Of a stretch of 64,000 nt of DNA, positions 10,801 to 19,402 are shown one piece after another. Source of the DNA: an uncultured Bdellovibrionales bacterium. GTDB lineage: Bacteria > Patescibacteriota > Minisyncoccia > Moranbacterales > UBA2206. The position numbers were made by a program, and so were the translations under genes. Positions within the stretch are counted from its first letter, which is position 1. Each line of letters opens with the position of its first letter. The notes below the pieces were generated by a model. It was not told the origin of the DNA, searched no databases, and saw only the letters and a list, made by a program, of their open reading frames with translations. The DNA lies in contig CAZWRY010000003.1 of assembly GCA_964636505.1 (NCBI GenBank), forward strand, positions 4,871-68,870, given 5' to 3'.

Positions 10801-11472
10801 TTAATACACAATTATCGTTATTTCTCCTTTGACTTTATCCGTATTGTTTTTAAAATATTCCAAAACTTCAGTAGCATCTCCTCTAATTATTTCTTCAAAC
10901 ATCTTAGTCAGTTCTCGGCCCATAATTATTTTTTTCTCAGCACTAAATTTTTTGAGCATTTCCAAATTTTTAATTAATCTGTACGGCGACTCATAATAAA
11001 CTACTGGATATTCCATTTCAGAAATTTTTTTGAAAAATGTTTCCCGACCCTTTTTGTGCGGCGGAAATCCCCAAAAAACAAACTTTTGCATATCAATTCC
11101 GGAAACACTGGCTAGCGTCGTGAGAGCTGAAACACCCGGAATTGGAATAACGGCAATACCATTCCCAATCGCCTCTTCTACCAATTGATTGCCCGGATCG
11201 GAAATTCCCGGCGTACCGGCGTCCGTTACCAGGGCTACATTTTCCCCGGCCTTGAGTTTTAAAATGATTTTATTAAACTTAACCGCTTTGGAATGCTGAT
11301 GAAAAGAAATAAGCGGCTTTTCAATTTCATAGTGAAAAAGCAATTTTTTCGTGTGACGCGTGTCTTCGCAGGCGATTAAATCAACTTTTTTGAACACTTC
11401 CAAAGCTCGCAAAGTAATGTCGCCCAGATTTCCAATCGGAGTCGCAATAATGTATAATATGCCTGTATCCAT
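10801..11472 (-). CDS. rsmI: 16S rRNA C1402 2'-O-methyltransferase
   Basis: LYIIATPIGNLGDITLRA, ACEDTR, DAGTPGISDPG, YESPYR. Confidence 0.97.
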   Translation of the reverse strand: MDTGILYIIATPIGNLGDITLRALEVFKKVDLIACEDTRHTKKLLFHYEIEKPLISFHQHSKAVKFNKIILKLKAGENVALVTDAGTPGISDPGNQLVEEAIGNGIAVIPIPGVSALTTLASVSGIDMQKFVFWGFPPHKKGRETFFKKISEMEYPVVYYESPYRLIKNLEMLKKFSAEKKIIMGRELTKMFEEIIRGDATEVLEYFKNNTDKVKGEITIIVY

Positions 11473-11511
11473 ATAATAAATGTACCAACAATTCGGTATT
11501 TTAGCAATTTT

Positions 11512-11979
11512 ATGATTCTAACAACCCATTTGCTCGCCGGAGCTACAATTGGAAAAAATATAGATAACTCCTGGTTTATCATTCCCATCGCCATTTTAGC
11601 TCATTTTGCTTTGGATGCCTTGCCGCACGGCGAATATATCAACTCCCCCAAGAAAAAACTGTCCTTGAAAAGCATAATGCAAAGAATTATTTTGGATTTG
11701 TCTTTTGGATTAATTCTAGTTTTTTCTCTTATCCATCTCAAAAATTTAAGCACCTTGGAAGTAAAAAATATTTTGCTGGGTTCTTTTTTCTCAATTTTTC
11801 CTGATTTTATGACAGTCCTAAAATTAAAATTTAATTTCAAATTCCTGGATAAAATTCACGCTTTTCACCACTGGGTCCATTACACCTCTAGAAAATTAAA
11901 AGACAACTATTGGAATTTTTCCAACGCTAGAAATGATATTCTTGTTTCCATAGCTGCTTTACTAATCTTTCTTATTTAG
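11512..11979 (+). CDS. Membrane protein, possible metal-dependent hydrolase
   Basis: THLLAG, AHFALDALPH, FPD, FHHWVH; hydrophobic segments. Confidence 0.6.
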   Translation: MILTTHLLAGATIGKNIDNSWFIIPIAILAHFALDALPHGEYINSPKKKLSLKSIMQRIILDLSFGLILVFSLIHLKNLSTLEVKNILLGSFFSIFPDFMTVLKLKFNFKFLDKIHAFHHWVHYTSRKLKDNYWNFSNARNDILVSIAALLIFLI

Positions 11980-13010
11980 GCTTTTTCCCGATTAATCATC
12001 ATGTCTTCCACTGCAATATTGATGCCAGTGGCAATCGGAATGGCCAAAATTGCGCCCAAAACCCCTCCGAGTTTAAAGCCTATTAAGAGAGACAGGATCA
12101 CTACAATCGGGTTGAGTCCGACGGCTCTTTTCATAACCTGCGGAACAATCACGTGAGATTCAATTTGTTGAGACACAATATAAAGTAAAAGCGCAATCAG
12201 TCCTTTCCAAGGAGAAATTAAAAAGCCTAAAAGCACGCCCGGAACAGCTGAAATTATCGGTCCAAAAAAAGGAATGATTTCCATAAGTCCGGCGAAAAGA
12301 GCCAGGATAAAGGCATAGGGAATGCCCAAAACAGAAAGCCAGATAAAATCCAAAATAAAAATAGAAAGCATAACCAGAAGTTGCCCCTGCATCCATTTGC
12401 CAATTTTATTTTTTATTCTAATGACCAGCGAGGTAGCATACTCTTCCTGCTTTTTTGGCACTATCGCTACGATAAAATTTTTAATACCATCTTCCCGAAC
12501 AGTCATATAAAAAACCAGGGCAAAAACAACTACAACTGAAATGATCCCGGAAAAGAAACCAACAGTTGTGGTAAAAATATTTCCCGATATTTCAGAAAAA
12601 TTTCCTTTAATATTTTCCCAAATATTCGCGGCATCTGAAGATGTGCCATTGCTTTGAACTTGAAAATAGTTTTCAACTCCTGAAAAAAGATGGTTAAAAT
12701 TTTGTGAATATTCTGGAATTTTTTTAATCAATTCTTTAAATTGATCGGTGAGATAAGGGATCATAAAAAAAGAAGCCAGTCCCAAAAATACAAGCAAAAA
12801 AAGATAGATAAGTAAAATACCGAGTCCCCTCCCAATTCCTTTTTTCTGCATCCAATTTACGACTGGTTCAATGAGCGCCACAATTAAAACGGAAACAAAA
12901 AGCAAGGCGATAATATCCCTTACGACATATAAAAACCAAAGGGCCAGGATAATTAAAATCGTCCTAAAAATTATCCCAGTAGAAATGTTAACCGTTTGTT
13001 TTTCTAACAT
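11976..13010 (-). CDS. AI-2E family transporter
   Basis: Multi-TM, IPFFGP, QQIESHVIVP, GLNP, GAILAIP. Confidence 0.9.
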   Translation of the reverse strand: MLEKQTVNISTGIIFRTILIILALWFLYVVRDIIALLFVSVLIVALIEPVVNWMQKKGIGRGLGILLIYLFLLVFLGLASFFMIPYLTDQFKELIKKIPEYSQNFNHLFSGVENYFQVQSNGTSSDAANIWENIKGNFSEISGNIFTTTVGFFSGIISVVVVFALVFYMTVREDGIKNFIVAIVPKKQEEYATSLVIRIKNKIGKWMQGQLLVMLSIFILDFIWLSVLGIPYAFILALFAGLMEIIPFFGPIISAVPGVLLGFLISPWKGLIALLLYIVSQQIESHVIVPQVMKRAVGLNPIVVILSLLIGFKLGGVLGAILAIPIATGINIAVEDMMINREKA

Positions 13011-13014
13011 AAAC

Positions 13015-14283
13015 TTATACCTTCAATAATTTCTCTATTTTTTTAGCATTTTTATGTGGACCAATAATTGCTAAATTCAATTTATTATTTTGAAAAACAT
13101 CTTTAGCAACCCTCAAAATATCGCTTGTTTTGACCCTGTCAATATGCTCAAAAATTTCTTTTACTGTCATTATTTTTTTCTTACGAAGTTCTTGGTTAAG
13201 AAAAAACATAGCTACTTCATCCGAAGCCTCCAGTCCCATCAAACTCTTGCCCTTAATAAAATCCTTGGCCTTTTGTAATTCTTTTTCGCTCACTAAATTT
13301 TCAGATATTTTTTTATATTCCTTCAGAATAATCTCTAGGGTTTTTTCTAAATTTTTGTGTTCTACGCCAGCATTTGAGGCTAAATATCCACAATCAGCAA
13401 AGGCCTCTATGCCACTTCTAACATAATAGGCTAGCCCCCTTCTCTCTCGAACTTCAATAAATAAGCGACTGGACATATTGCCCCCCAAAATTACCGACAG
13501 AAGAGAGAGTGCGAAACGATCTTTGTGATTTTCATCATAAGCCCTTGTCCCTAAAATCAGATGAGTTTGATCTGTTTTCTTAAATTTTATTTTTAATTCA
13601 GGCTTTTTTTGATTTTCTTTTACTTTTTCTATTTCGGATTTTTTGTCTTTGAGCATTTTGGAGAAATATTTTTTAATTTGTGATTTAATCTTTTTTTCAT
13701 TAAATTTTCCGGCTACACAAATGACTGTATCATTGGCCGTATAAAATTTTCTGATATAATCCATGAAATTTTTTCTCTCAAAGCTCTGAACGGTTTTTTT
13801 ATTTCCGATAATTTTTCTTCCTAAAGAATTTCCAATATATAAAAGTTCTTCGAGAATATTCCAGGCATCCGTAATCGGAGTATCTTCATACATATTAAGT
13901 TCTTGAATAATTGTACCTTTTTCTTTTTCAATTTCTGCTGCATCAATTTTAGAATGCAAATACATATCTGAAACAACATCCAAAGCCAAATCTATGTGTT
14001 TAGAATCAACTTTGACGTAATACATTGTTGAATCTTTGGAGGTGAACGCATTGTATTCCCCACCGATGGCATCCAGTTCTTCAGAAATTGAAAGCGCTGT
14101 TGGTCTTTTTTCTGTTCCCTTGAACATCATATGTTCAATAAAATGAGAAAGTCCGGCTTCTTTTTCTTTTTCATAACGGGAACCGACACCCACTGCAATT
14201 AAAACAGTAGCTGTCTCAGTTTCTTTCATGGGAACTGTAATGAGGCGCAGTCCATTAGCAAGTTTTATTTTCTTGTAGTTCAT
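13015..14283 (-). CDS. M16 family zinc peptidase
   Basis: GLSHFIEHMMFKGT (HxxEH), NAFTS, SSRLFIEVRERRGLAY. Confidence 0.95.
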   Translation of the reverse strand: MNYKKIKLANGLRLITVPMKETETATVLIAVGVGSRYEKEKEAGLSHFIEHMMFKGTEKRPTALSISEELDAIGGEYNAFTSKDSTMYYVKVDSKHIDLALDVVSDMYLHSKIDAAEIEKEKGTIIQELNMYEDTPITDAWNILEELLYIGNSLGRKIIGNKKTVQSFERKNFMDYIRKFYTANDTVICVAGKFNEKKIKSQIKKYFSKMLKDKKSEIEKVKENQKKPELKIKFKKTDQTHLILGTRAYDENHKDRFALSLLSVILGGNMSSRLFIEVRERRGLAYYVRSGIEAFADCGYLASNAGVEHKNLEKTLEIILKEYKKISENLVSEKELQKAKDFIKGKSLMGLEASDEVAMFFLNQELRKKKIMTVKEIFEHIDRVKTSDILRVAKDVFQNNKLNLAIIGPHKNAKKIEKLLKV

Positions 14284-14337
14284 AGATATATGTAAATTAG
14301 CTTCTAATAGGATTATATGCTAACCGGGATTAAAACT

Positions 14338-15288
14338 TTATTTCTTTTTATTCCTGCTGACTCTGATTAAGCCGGAACAAGGCACAATTTCAATGCCTTT
14401 CTTTTCTAATTCGTCCAAAAATAAATTCATACCCAGAGAATCAGAAGAAATGTGTCCGGCAATAACCACGTTGATATGATATTTTTCCGCTTCTTTACGG
14501 CTTTCTTCATTCATATGCATCCCGATAATAGTTCCGACTCCCGCTTGAGAAAGTTTTTCATAGATATCTTTACTATTAGATGTGCCGCCGGTAATTTCCG
14601 TTAAGGCAATCTTGCCGATCCTGTTTTCCTTGGCGCCGGCAAAAATAGTCGGCCCGAAACCTTTTTTGGCCGCTTCTTTGTATTCTGGAATTTCCATAAG
14701 CGATTCAATAATATCCTCAACATATTCGGGTTTATCTTTCTTTAATTTTTCATCCACAAATTTAGCCACTAAATTATCCGCTGGAGTATGCACGTTCAAA
14801 AGTCCAATTTTTAAAAGCTTGGCTGCATCAGAAGCCTGATAATGATTTTCAGGATTAACTCCTCGGCTCACTTCGCAAACCCTTTTTTTGGTTAGACTCT
14901 CAGCAATATTTATCGGCACGCCATATTGTTCTAAAACATCTGCTTGCAGATGCATTACGTCATCCAAGCCAGTAAGCCCCATTCCCAAAGGATGATGGCC
15001 GATAACAGTGCTTATACCCAACTCTTTAGCTAACAACAACTCAGCTGTTTCAATATCAATGCCCGCCATCGCTTTTTTGATGTTTTTGTTTCCATTTTCA
15101 AATTGAATACGGGAGTCTGAATATGGATTTGTTAGTTTTTCCTTATCAAAAATTTCTTTCTCTTCTTTGGAAAGTTTTTCATATTTTTCTTTTATTCTTT
15201 TCAGATTTTTTTGAATTTGGCCACTGGAACGAAAGTCATTTTCAATTCCCATCTTGATCGCCAATTTATATATGTCTTGGATATTCAT
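14338..15288 (-). CDS. NIF3-like metal-binding protein
   Basis: AGIDI, GHHP, HTPADN, GMH, AGHISSDSLG. Confidence 0.8.
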   Translation of the reverse strand: MNIQDIYKLAIKMGIENDFRSSGQIQKNLKRIKEKYEKLSKEEKEIFDKEKLTNPYSDSRIQFENGNKNIKKAMAGIDIETAELLLAKELGISTVIGHHPLGMGLTGLDDVMHLQADVLEQYGVPINIAESLTKKRVCEVSRGVNPENHYQASDAAKLLKIGLLNVHTPADNLVAKFVDEKLKKDKPEYVEDIIESLMEIPEYKEAAKKGFGPTIFAGAKENRIGKIALTEITGGTSNSKDIYEKLSQAGVGTIIGMHMNEESRKEAEKYHINVVIAGHISSDSLGMNLFLDELEKKGIEIVPCSGLIRVSRNKKK

Positions 15289-15289
15289 A

Positions 15290-16672
15290 TTATTGTGCCA
15301 ATTTATTTCTTAAATAATTTTCAAGTTCCGTTATCTCGATTCTTTTTTGCTGCATCGTGTCTCTATCTCTCACGGTCACCGCTTGGTCTTCCAGAGTTTC
15401 AAAATCAACGGTGATGCAAAACGGCGTACCAATTTCATCTTGGCGGCGATATCTTTTTCCGACGTTGCCATTATCATCAAATTCACACATATATTCCATT
15501 TTTAATTTATCGTAAATTTCTTTGGCTTTGGATACCAATTCTGGCTTATTTTTCATAAGTGGGAAAACAGCCACTTTTACCGGAGAGAGTTTTTTATTCA
15601 TTTTCAAAACAACCCTGGTGTCTTTTTCTGTTTTTTCTTCCATGTAAGCATCGCACAGCACGGCCAAGAATATTCTGGCTATTCCGACTGAAGATTCAAT
15701 GATATGCGGCATATATTTTTCCCTATTTACCGGGTCTTGATAAGACAGGTCTTGTCCGGAAAATTTTGAATGCTGTGCCAAGTCATAGTTACCTCTGGCA
15801 TGTAATCCTTCCAGTTCCGCAAAGCCAAACGGAAAATTATATTCAATATCATAGGCTTTTTTGGCATAGAAAACCAGGTTTTCATGTTTGTGCCATTTCA
15901 AATTTTCATCCTTGATTCCCAGATTTTGAAAAAATTTCCAGCGATACTCGCGCAATTTTTCATATTCGCTATTTTCAGCGTCAGGTTTCACAAAGTACTG
16001 CATTTCCATTTGCTCAAACTCGCGTGTGCGGAAAATAAACTGGCGAGCTGTAATTTCATTGCGAAAAGCTTTGCCGATTTGCGCGATTCCAAAAGGAATT
16101 TTCACGCGCGTAGAATCCAAAACATTTTTGTAATTTACATATATACCCTGACAAGTTTCTCCCCGAAGATAAACAGGATTTTTATCCCAATCTTCGGTGA
16201 AGTTCCCCAAATTGGCTTTTACTAGTAAATTGAATTTCTTAACTTCTGTCCAATCGCTTGTGCCACAATCTGGACATTTTATTTTTTCTTTGTTTTCTGA
16301 AAATATTTTATTTATTTCATCTTCTCCCATTTTTTCATCCGCTGTAATTCCAACTCTTTCCAAAAGATGATCCACTCTGAGCCTGGCATGACATTTTTTG
16401 CATTCCGATAAAGGATCGGAAAAACCGCCCACATGCCCGGAAGCTTCCCAGATTTTTGGGTTCATAAAAATAGCACTATCAAGACCCACGATATCATCCC
16501 GCATCTGAACCATGTATTTCCACCATTCTTTTTTAATATTGTTTTCCAGCTCTGTTCCGTATGGACCAAAATCATAAATGGCTGAAAATCCACCATAAAT
16601 TTCGGATGAAGGATAAACAAATCCTCTGCGCTTGCAAAGAGAAACAATTTTTTCCATTAAATTTTCTGACAT
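15290..16672 (-). CDS. glyQS: Glycine--tRNA ligase, homodimeric type
   Basis: KRRGFVYPSSEIYGG, LRGETCQG, FRNEIT, REFEQMEM, RRQDEIGTPF. Confidence 0.97.
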   Translation of the reverse strand: MSENLMEKIVSLCKRRGFVYPSSEIYGGFSAIYDFGPYGTELENNIKKEWWKYMVQMRDDIVGLDSAIFMNPKIWEASGHVGGFSDPLSECKKCHARLRVDHLLERVGITADEKMGEDEINKIFSENKEKIKCPDCGTSDWTEVKKFNLLVKANLGNFTEDWDKNPVYLRGETCQGIYVNYKNVLDSTRVKIPFGIAQIGKAFRNEITARQFIFRTREFEQMEMQYFVKPDAENSEYEKLREYRWKFFQNLGIKDENLKWHKHENLVFYAKKAYDIEYNFPFGFAELEGLHARGNYDLAQHSKFSGQDLSYQDPVNREKYMPHIIESSVGIARIFLAVLCDAYMEEKTEKDTRVVLKMNKKLSPVKVAVFPLMKNKPELVSKAKEIYDKLKMEYMCEFDDNGNVGKRYRRQDEIGTPFCITVDFETLEDQAVTVRDRDTMQQKRIEITELENYLRNKLAQ

Positions 16673-16697
16673 AAGTTTTTATTTTAAAAATGATTTG

Positions 16698-16768
16698 TGG
16701 ACTTAGCGAGAATCGAACTCGCGTCCCCGCAATGCGAATGCGGTGTGCTACCACTATACCATAAGCCC
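16698..16768 (-). tRNA. tRNA-Ala(CGC), CCA not encoded
   Basis: Acceptor GGGCTTA/TAAGTCC with G3:U70; anticodon arm CCGCA-TTCGCAT-TGCGG; T arm GCGAG-TTCGATT-CTCGC. Confidence 0.95.
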
Positions 16769-16796
16769 TAAATATTTAATTATAACAGAAATATTG

Positions 16797-16837
16797 TGCC
16801 TGCTAGCAGGCAGGTTATACCACTAGACCATAGGCCC
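16797..16837 (-). pseudogene. tRNA 5'-end relic joined to a REP-like palindrome
   Basis: GGGCCTATGGTCTAGTGGTATAAC is 20/24 identical to the adjacent tRNA-Ala 5' end; followed by CTGCCTGCTAGCAGGCA; no T arm. Confidence 0.65.
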
Positions 16838-16861
16838 AAGTATTCTAAGCTATGATGTAGG

Positions 16862-16940
16862 TGAAGTATAATTTTAGAGGCTTATTGTAAAAAATAAGAA
16901 TAGTCTTTCCATATCAATTCGGCTCTAAAATCATATTTCA
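16862..16940. repeat. ~80-nt hairpin element, copy A
   Basis: TTTTAGAGGCTTATTG...TCAATTCGGCTCTAAAA shared with 25304-25389. Confidence 0.75.
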
Positions 16941-16963
16941 TCAAAATCATATAATAATAAATT

Positions 16964-18160
16964 TTATAAATATTTTCTATTCTGAAGTTCCTTGGGCAAG
17001 TATTCTTGTTTAGAGCTGTCTTCAAGCGGAGTGTATTTGTAGCCCTTGCTATAACCCAAATCTTTCATCAGTTTTGTTGGCGCATTGCGAATATGCAGCG
17101 GCACCGGCAAATTACCAAATTCCTCTACATCTTTTTTGGCTTTATTATAGGCTAAATAGGCCGAAACACTTTTTTTGCTTTTGGCCAAATAAATGACGCA
17201 TTGCGCCAAATGAACGCTACATTCAGGATAACCCAGTTTATGGCAAGCGTCAAAAACCGCGTTAGCCAAAAGAAGGGCTGTATTATTGGCTAAACCGATA
17301 TCTTCAGAAGCAAAACGCACCAAGCGTCTGGCAATATATAAAGGGTCTTCTCCGCCTTCAATCATTCGCGCTAGCCAATACAAAGCTGCATCCGCATCAC
17401 CGCCGCGCATTGATTTGTGCAGCGCCGAAATAATATTGTAATGCTCTTCGCCGGTCTTGTCATAAAGAAGATGCGATTTTTGTAGAATTTTTTTGATCAG
17501 TTCTTCAGTTATTTTAGTACCTTGTCCCAAGCTCGCCTCCAAAGTATTCAGTGCCATCCGTGCATCGCCATTGGAAAAATTCGCAATCATTTCAAGAGCT
17601 TCCATCGGCACTTTTTTGTTTATTTTTTGGATAGCTCTTTGCAAGATTTTTTCAATATCTTTTTTCTCAAGTCTTTGCAAAACAAAAACACGCGCCCGCG
17701 AAAGCAAAGCGGAAATAACTTCAAAGCCAGGATTCTCAGTTGTAGCTCCGATCAAAATAAGTGTGCCGTTTTCTACATAGGGCAAGAGCGCATCTTGCTG
17801 GGCTTTGTTCCAACGATGAATTTCATCTATAAACAAAACAGTCTTGCGGCCGATCTTTTTATTTTCCTTGGCGCTTTCAATTATTTTAAGTAAATCTTTT
17901 TTGCCACTTACTACAGCGCTGATATTTAAAAAATCAGCTTTAGTTTCTTTAGCAATAATAAAAGCCAAGGTGGTTTTCCCGGATCCGGGCGGACCCCAAA
18001 AAATGAGCGATGGCACATTGTCATTTTTGATTGCCTGGCGCAAAAAAGATTTTTTACCCAAAAGCTCAACTTGCCCAAAAACTTCCTCAAGTTTTTGAGG
18101 CCGGACAGCATCCGCCAGTGGCACATTCTCACTTGTTTTTAGACTTAAATTCGCTTTCAT
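16964..18160 (-). CDS. rarA: Replication-associated recombination protein A (RarA/MgsA)
   Basis: PLADAVRP, GPPGSGKT, DEIHRWNKAQQD, SALHKSMRG, SEDIG; start moved to the ATG of MKANL. Confidence 0.95.
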   Translation of the reverse strand: MKANLSLKTSENVPLADAVRPQKLEEVFGQVELLGKKSFLRQAIKNDNVPSLIFWGPPGSGKTTLAFIIAKETKADFLNISAVVSGKKDLLKIIESAKENKKIGRKTVLFIDEIHRWNKAQQDALLPYVENGTLILIGATTENPGFEVISALLSRARVFVLQRLEKKDIEKILQRAIQKINKKVPMEALEMIANFSNGDARMALNTLEASLGQGTKITEELIKKILQKSHLLYDKTGEEHYNIISALHKSMRGGDADAALYWLARMIEGGEDPLYIARRLVRFASEDIGLANNTALLLANAVFDACHKLGYPECSVHLAQCVIYLAKSKKSVSAYLAYNKAKKDVEEFGNLPVPLHIRNAPTKLMKDLGYSKGYKYTPLEDSSKQEYLPKELQNRKYL

Positions 18161-18256
18161 CAAGCCTATTTTACCCCAAAACAAGGCTTTTGGCAAAAAT
18201 AAAAAGTGTTCAACTATTTTTTAATTTATTTAATTAAAATCTTCAGAAGAAAAAAA

Positions 18257-19396
18257 TTATTTTCTCAATTTTTTTATCAAATCTACATAAAACTTGAGAT
18301 TATGCATAGCCGCGAGACGCATAGCCAAAGGTTCTTTTTTAACAAACAAATACCGCAAATAACTCTTAGAATAGTTTTTGCAAAGTTCGCAATCGCAATT
18401 CCTATCTATTAAAGAAAAATCTTTCTTATATTTTTCATTATTGATATTAATTGTTTCATAAAACTTTCCTTTTAGGTTTTTAAAACTACCTTTTCGTATA
18501 AAAAGACGTCCGTGTCTGCCTTCTCTGGTTGGGATTACGCAATCAAACATATCCCAGCCCATGTTAGCGCAGCGAACGATATCTTCCAGCGTGCCAATAC
18601 CCAAAGCAAAACGCAAAGAATTTTCTGGAATCAAATCAACTGTAAATTTCAAAACTTCTTCCATAAAATTTCCTTCTGCATCCAAATGCCGGGCGCCGAA
18701 ACCATACCCATCCCAACCTATGGCTGGTCCGCCCTTGGCGGAAAATCCAATTTTTATTAGTCCTTCCACGCATTTTTTTCTAAGGTCCGTGTACCCGCCA
18801 CCTTGAATTACACAAAAAATCAAAGGCCTGTTTTCTTTTTTTATTTTTCTAGCCTTAAGTTGTTTCTTATACTCAATCATGCACCTTTCCGCCCAAGCCA
18901 ATGTCCGATCTACAGCTTTCGCTATTTTTTCCTTACTGCTTGAGTTAGGCGGCGGATCATCAAAGCAAACCATCATATCCACACCCAAATCAAATTGGAT
19001 TTGAATTGATTTCTCCGGTGTGATTATGTGTTTAGATCCATCCAGCGGCGAATGAAAAACAACACCATCATCGGTTACTTTTCCCATCTTGGGATTTTTG
19101 TGAATCAGAGAAAAAACTTGATATCCCCCGCTATCGGAAAGCAAGGCTTTATTCCAATTCATAAAGCCATGGATGCCCTTAGCTTTTTTGATAAATTCCA
19201 CCCCGGGTTGTAGAAAAAGATGATAGGTATTAACCACCATCGGTTCAATACCAATTTTCTGCAAATCATTTTTACTCAGCGATCTCACAAAACCATAAGT
19301 CGCATCCGGCATAAAAAACGGAGAATTAATTTCTCCGCTTTTTGTTTTTAAGACGCCGATTCTTTTTTTGCCGCTAGTTTTCTTTATATAAAACAT
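18257..19396 (-). CDS. tgt: tRNA-guanine transglycosylase family protein with a 10-aa palindromic insertion
   Basis: NTYHL, SDSGGYQVFSL, DMFDCVIPTR, CDCELC...H zinc site. Confidence 0.9.
   Translation of the reverse strand: MFYIKKTSGKKRIGVLKTKSGEINSPFFMPDATYGFVRSLSKNDLQKIGIEPMVVNTYHLFLQPGVEFIKKAKGIHGFMNWNKALLSDSGGYQVFSLIHKNPKMGKVTDDGVVFHSPLDGSKHIITPEKSIQIQFDLGVDMMVCFDDPPPNSSSKEKIAKAVDRTLAWAERCMIEYKKQLKARKIKKENRPLIFCVIQGGGYTDLRKKCVEGLIKIGFSAKGGPAIGWDGYGFGARHLDAEGNFMEEVLKFTVDLIPENSLRFALGIGTLEDIVRCANMGWDMFDCVIPTREGRHGRLFIRKGSFKNLKGKFYETININNEKYKKDFSLIDRNCDCELCKNYSKSYLRYLFVKKEPLAMRLAAMHNLKFYVDLIKKLRK
18713..18742. repeat. 30-bp double-hairpin REP-like element, in frame in tgt (SAKGGPAIGW)
   Basis: Minus strand TCCGCC-AAG-GGCGGA-CCAGCC-ATA-GGTTGG, homologous to 6765-6794. 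Confidence 0.8.
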
Positions 19397-19402
19397 GATT
19401 TT

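Noticed and set aside
16572-16754. 60-aa ORF MVAHRIRIAG...
   Set aside because: Shadow translation of tRNA-Ala overlapping the glyQS start.
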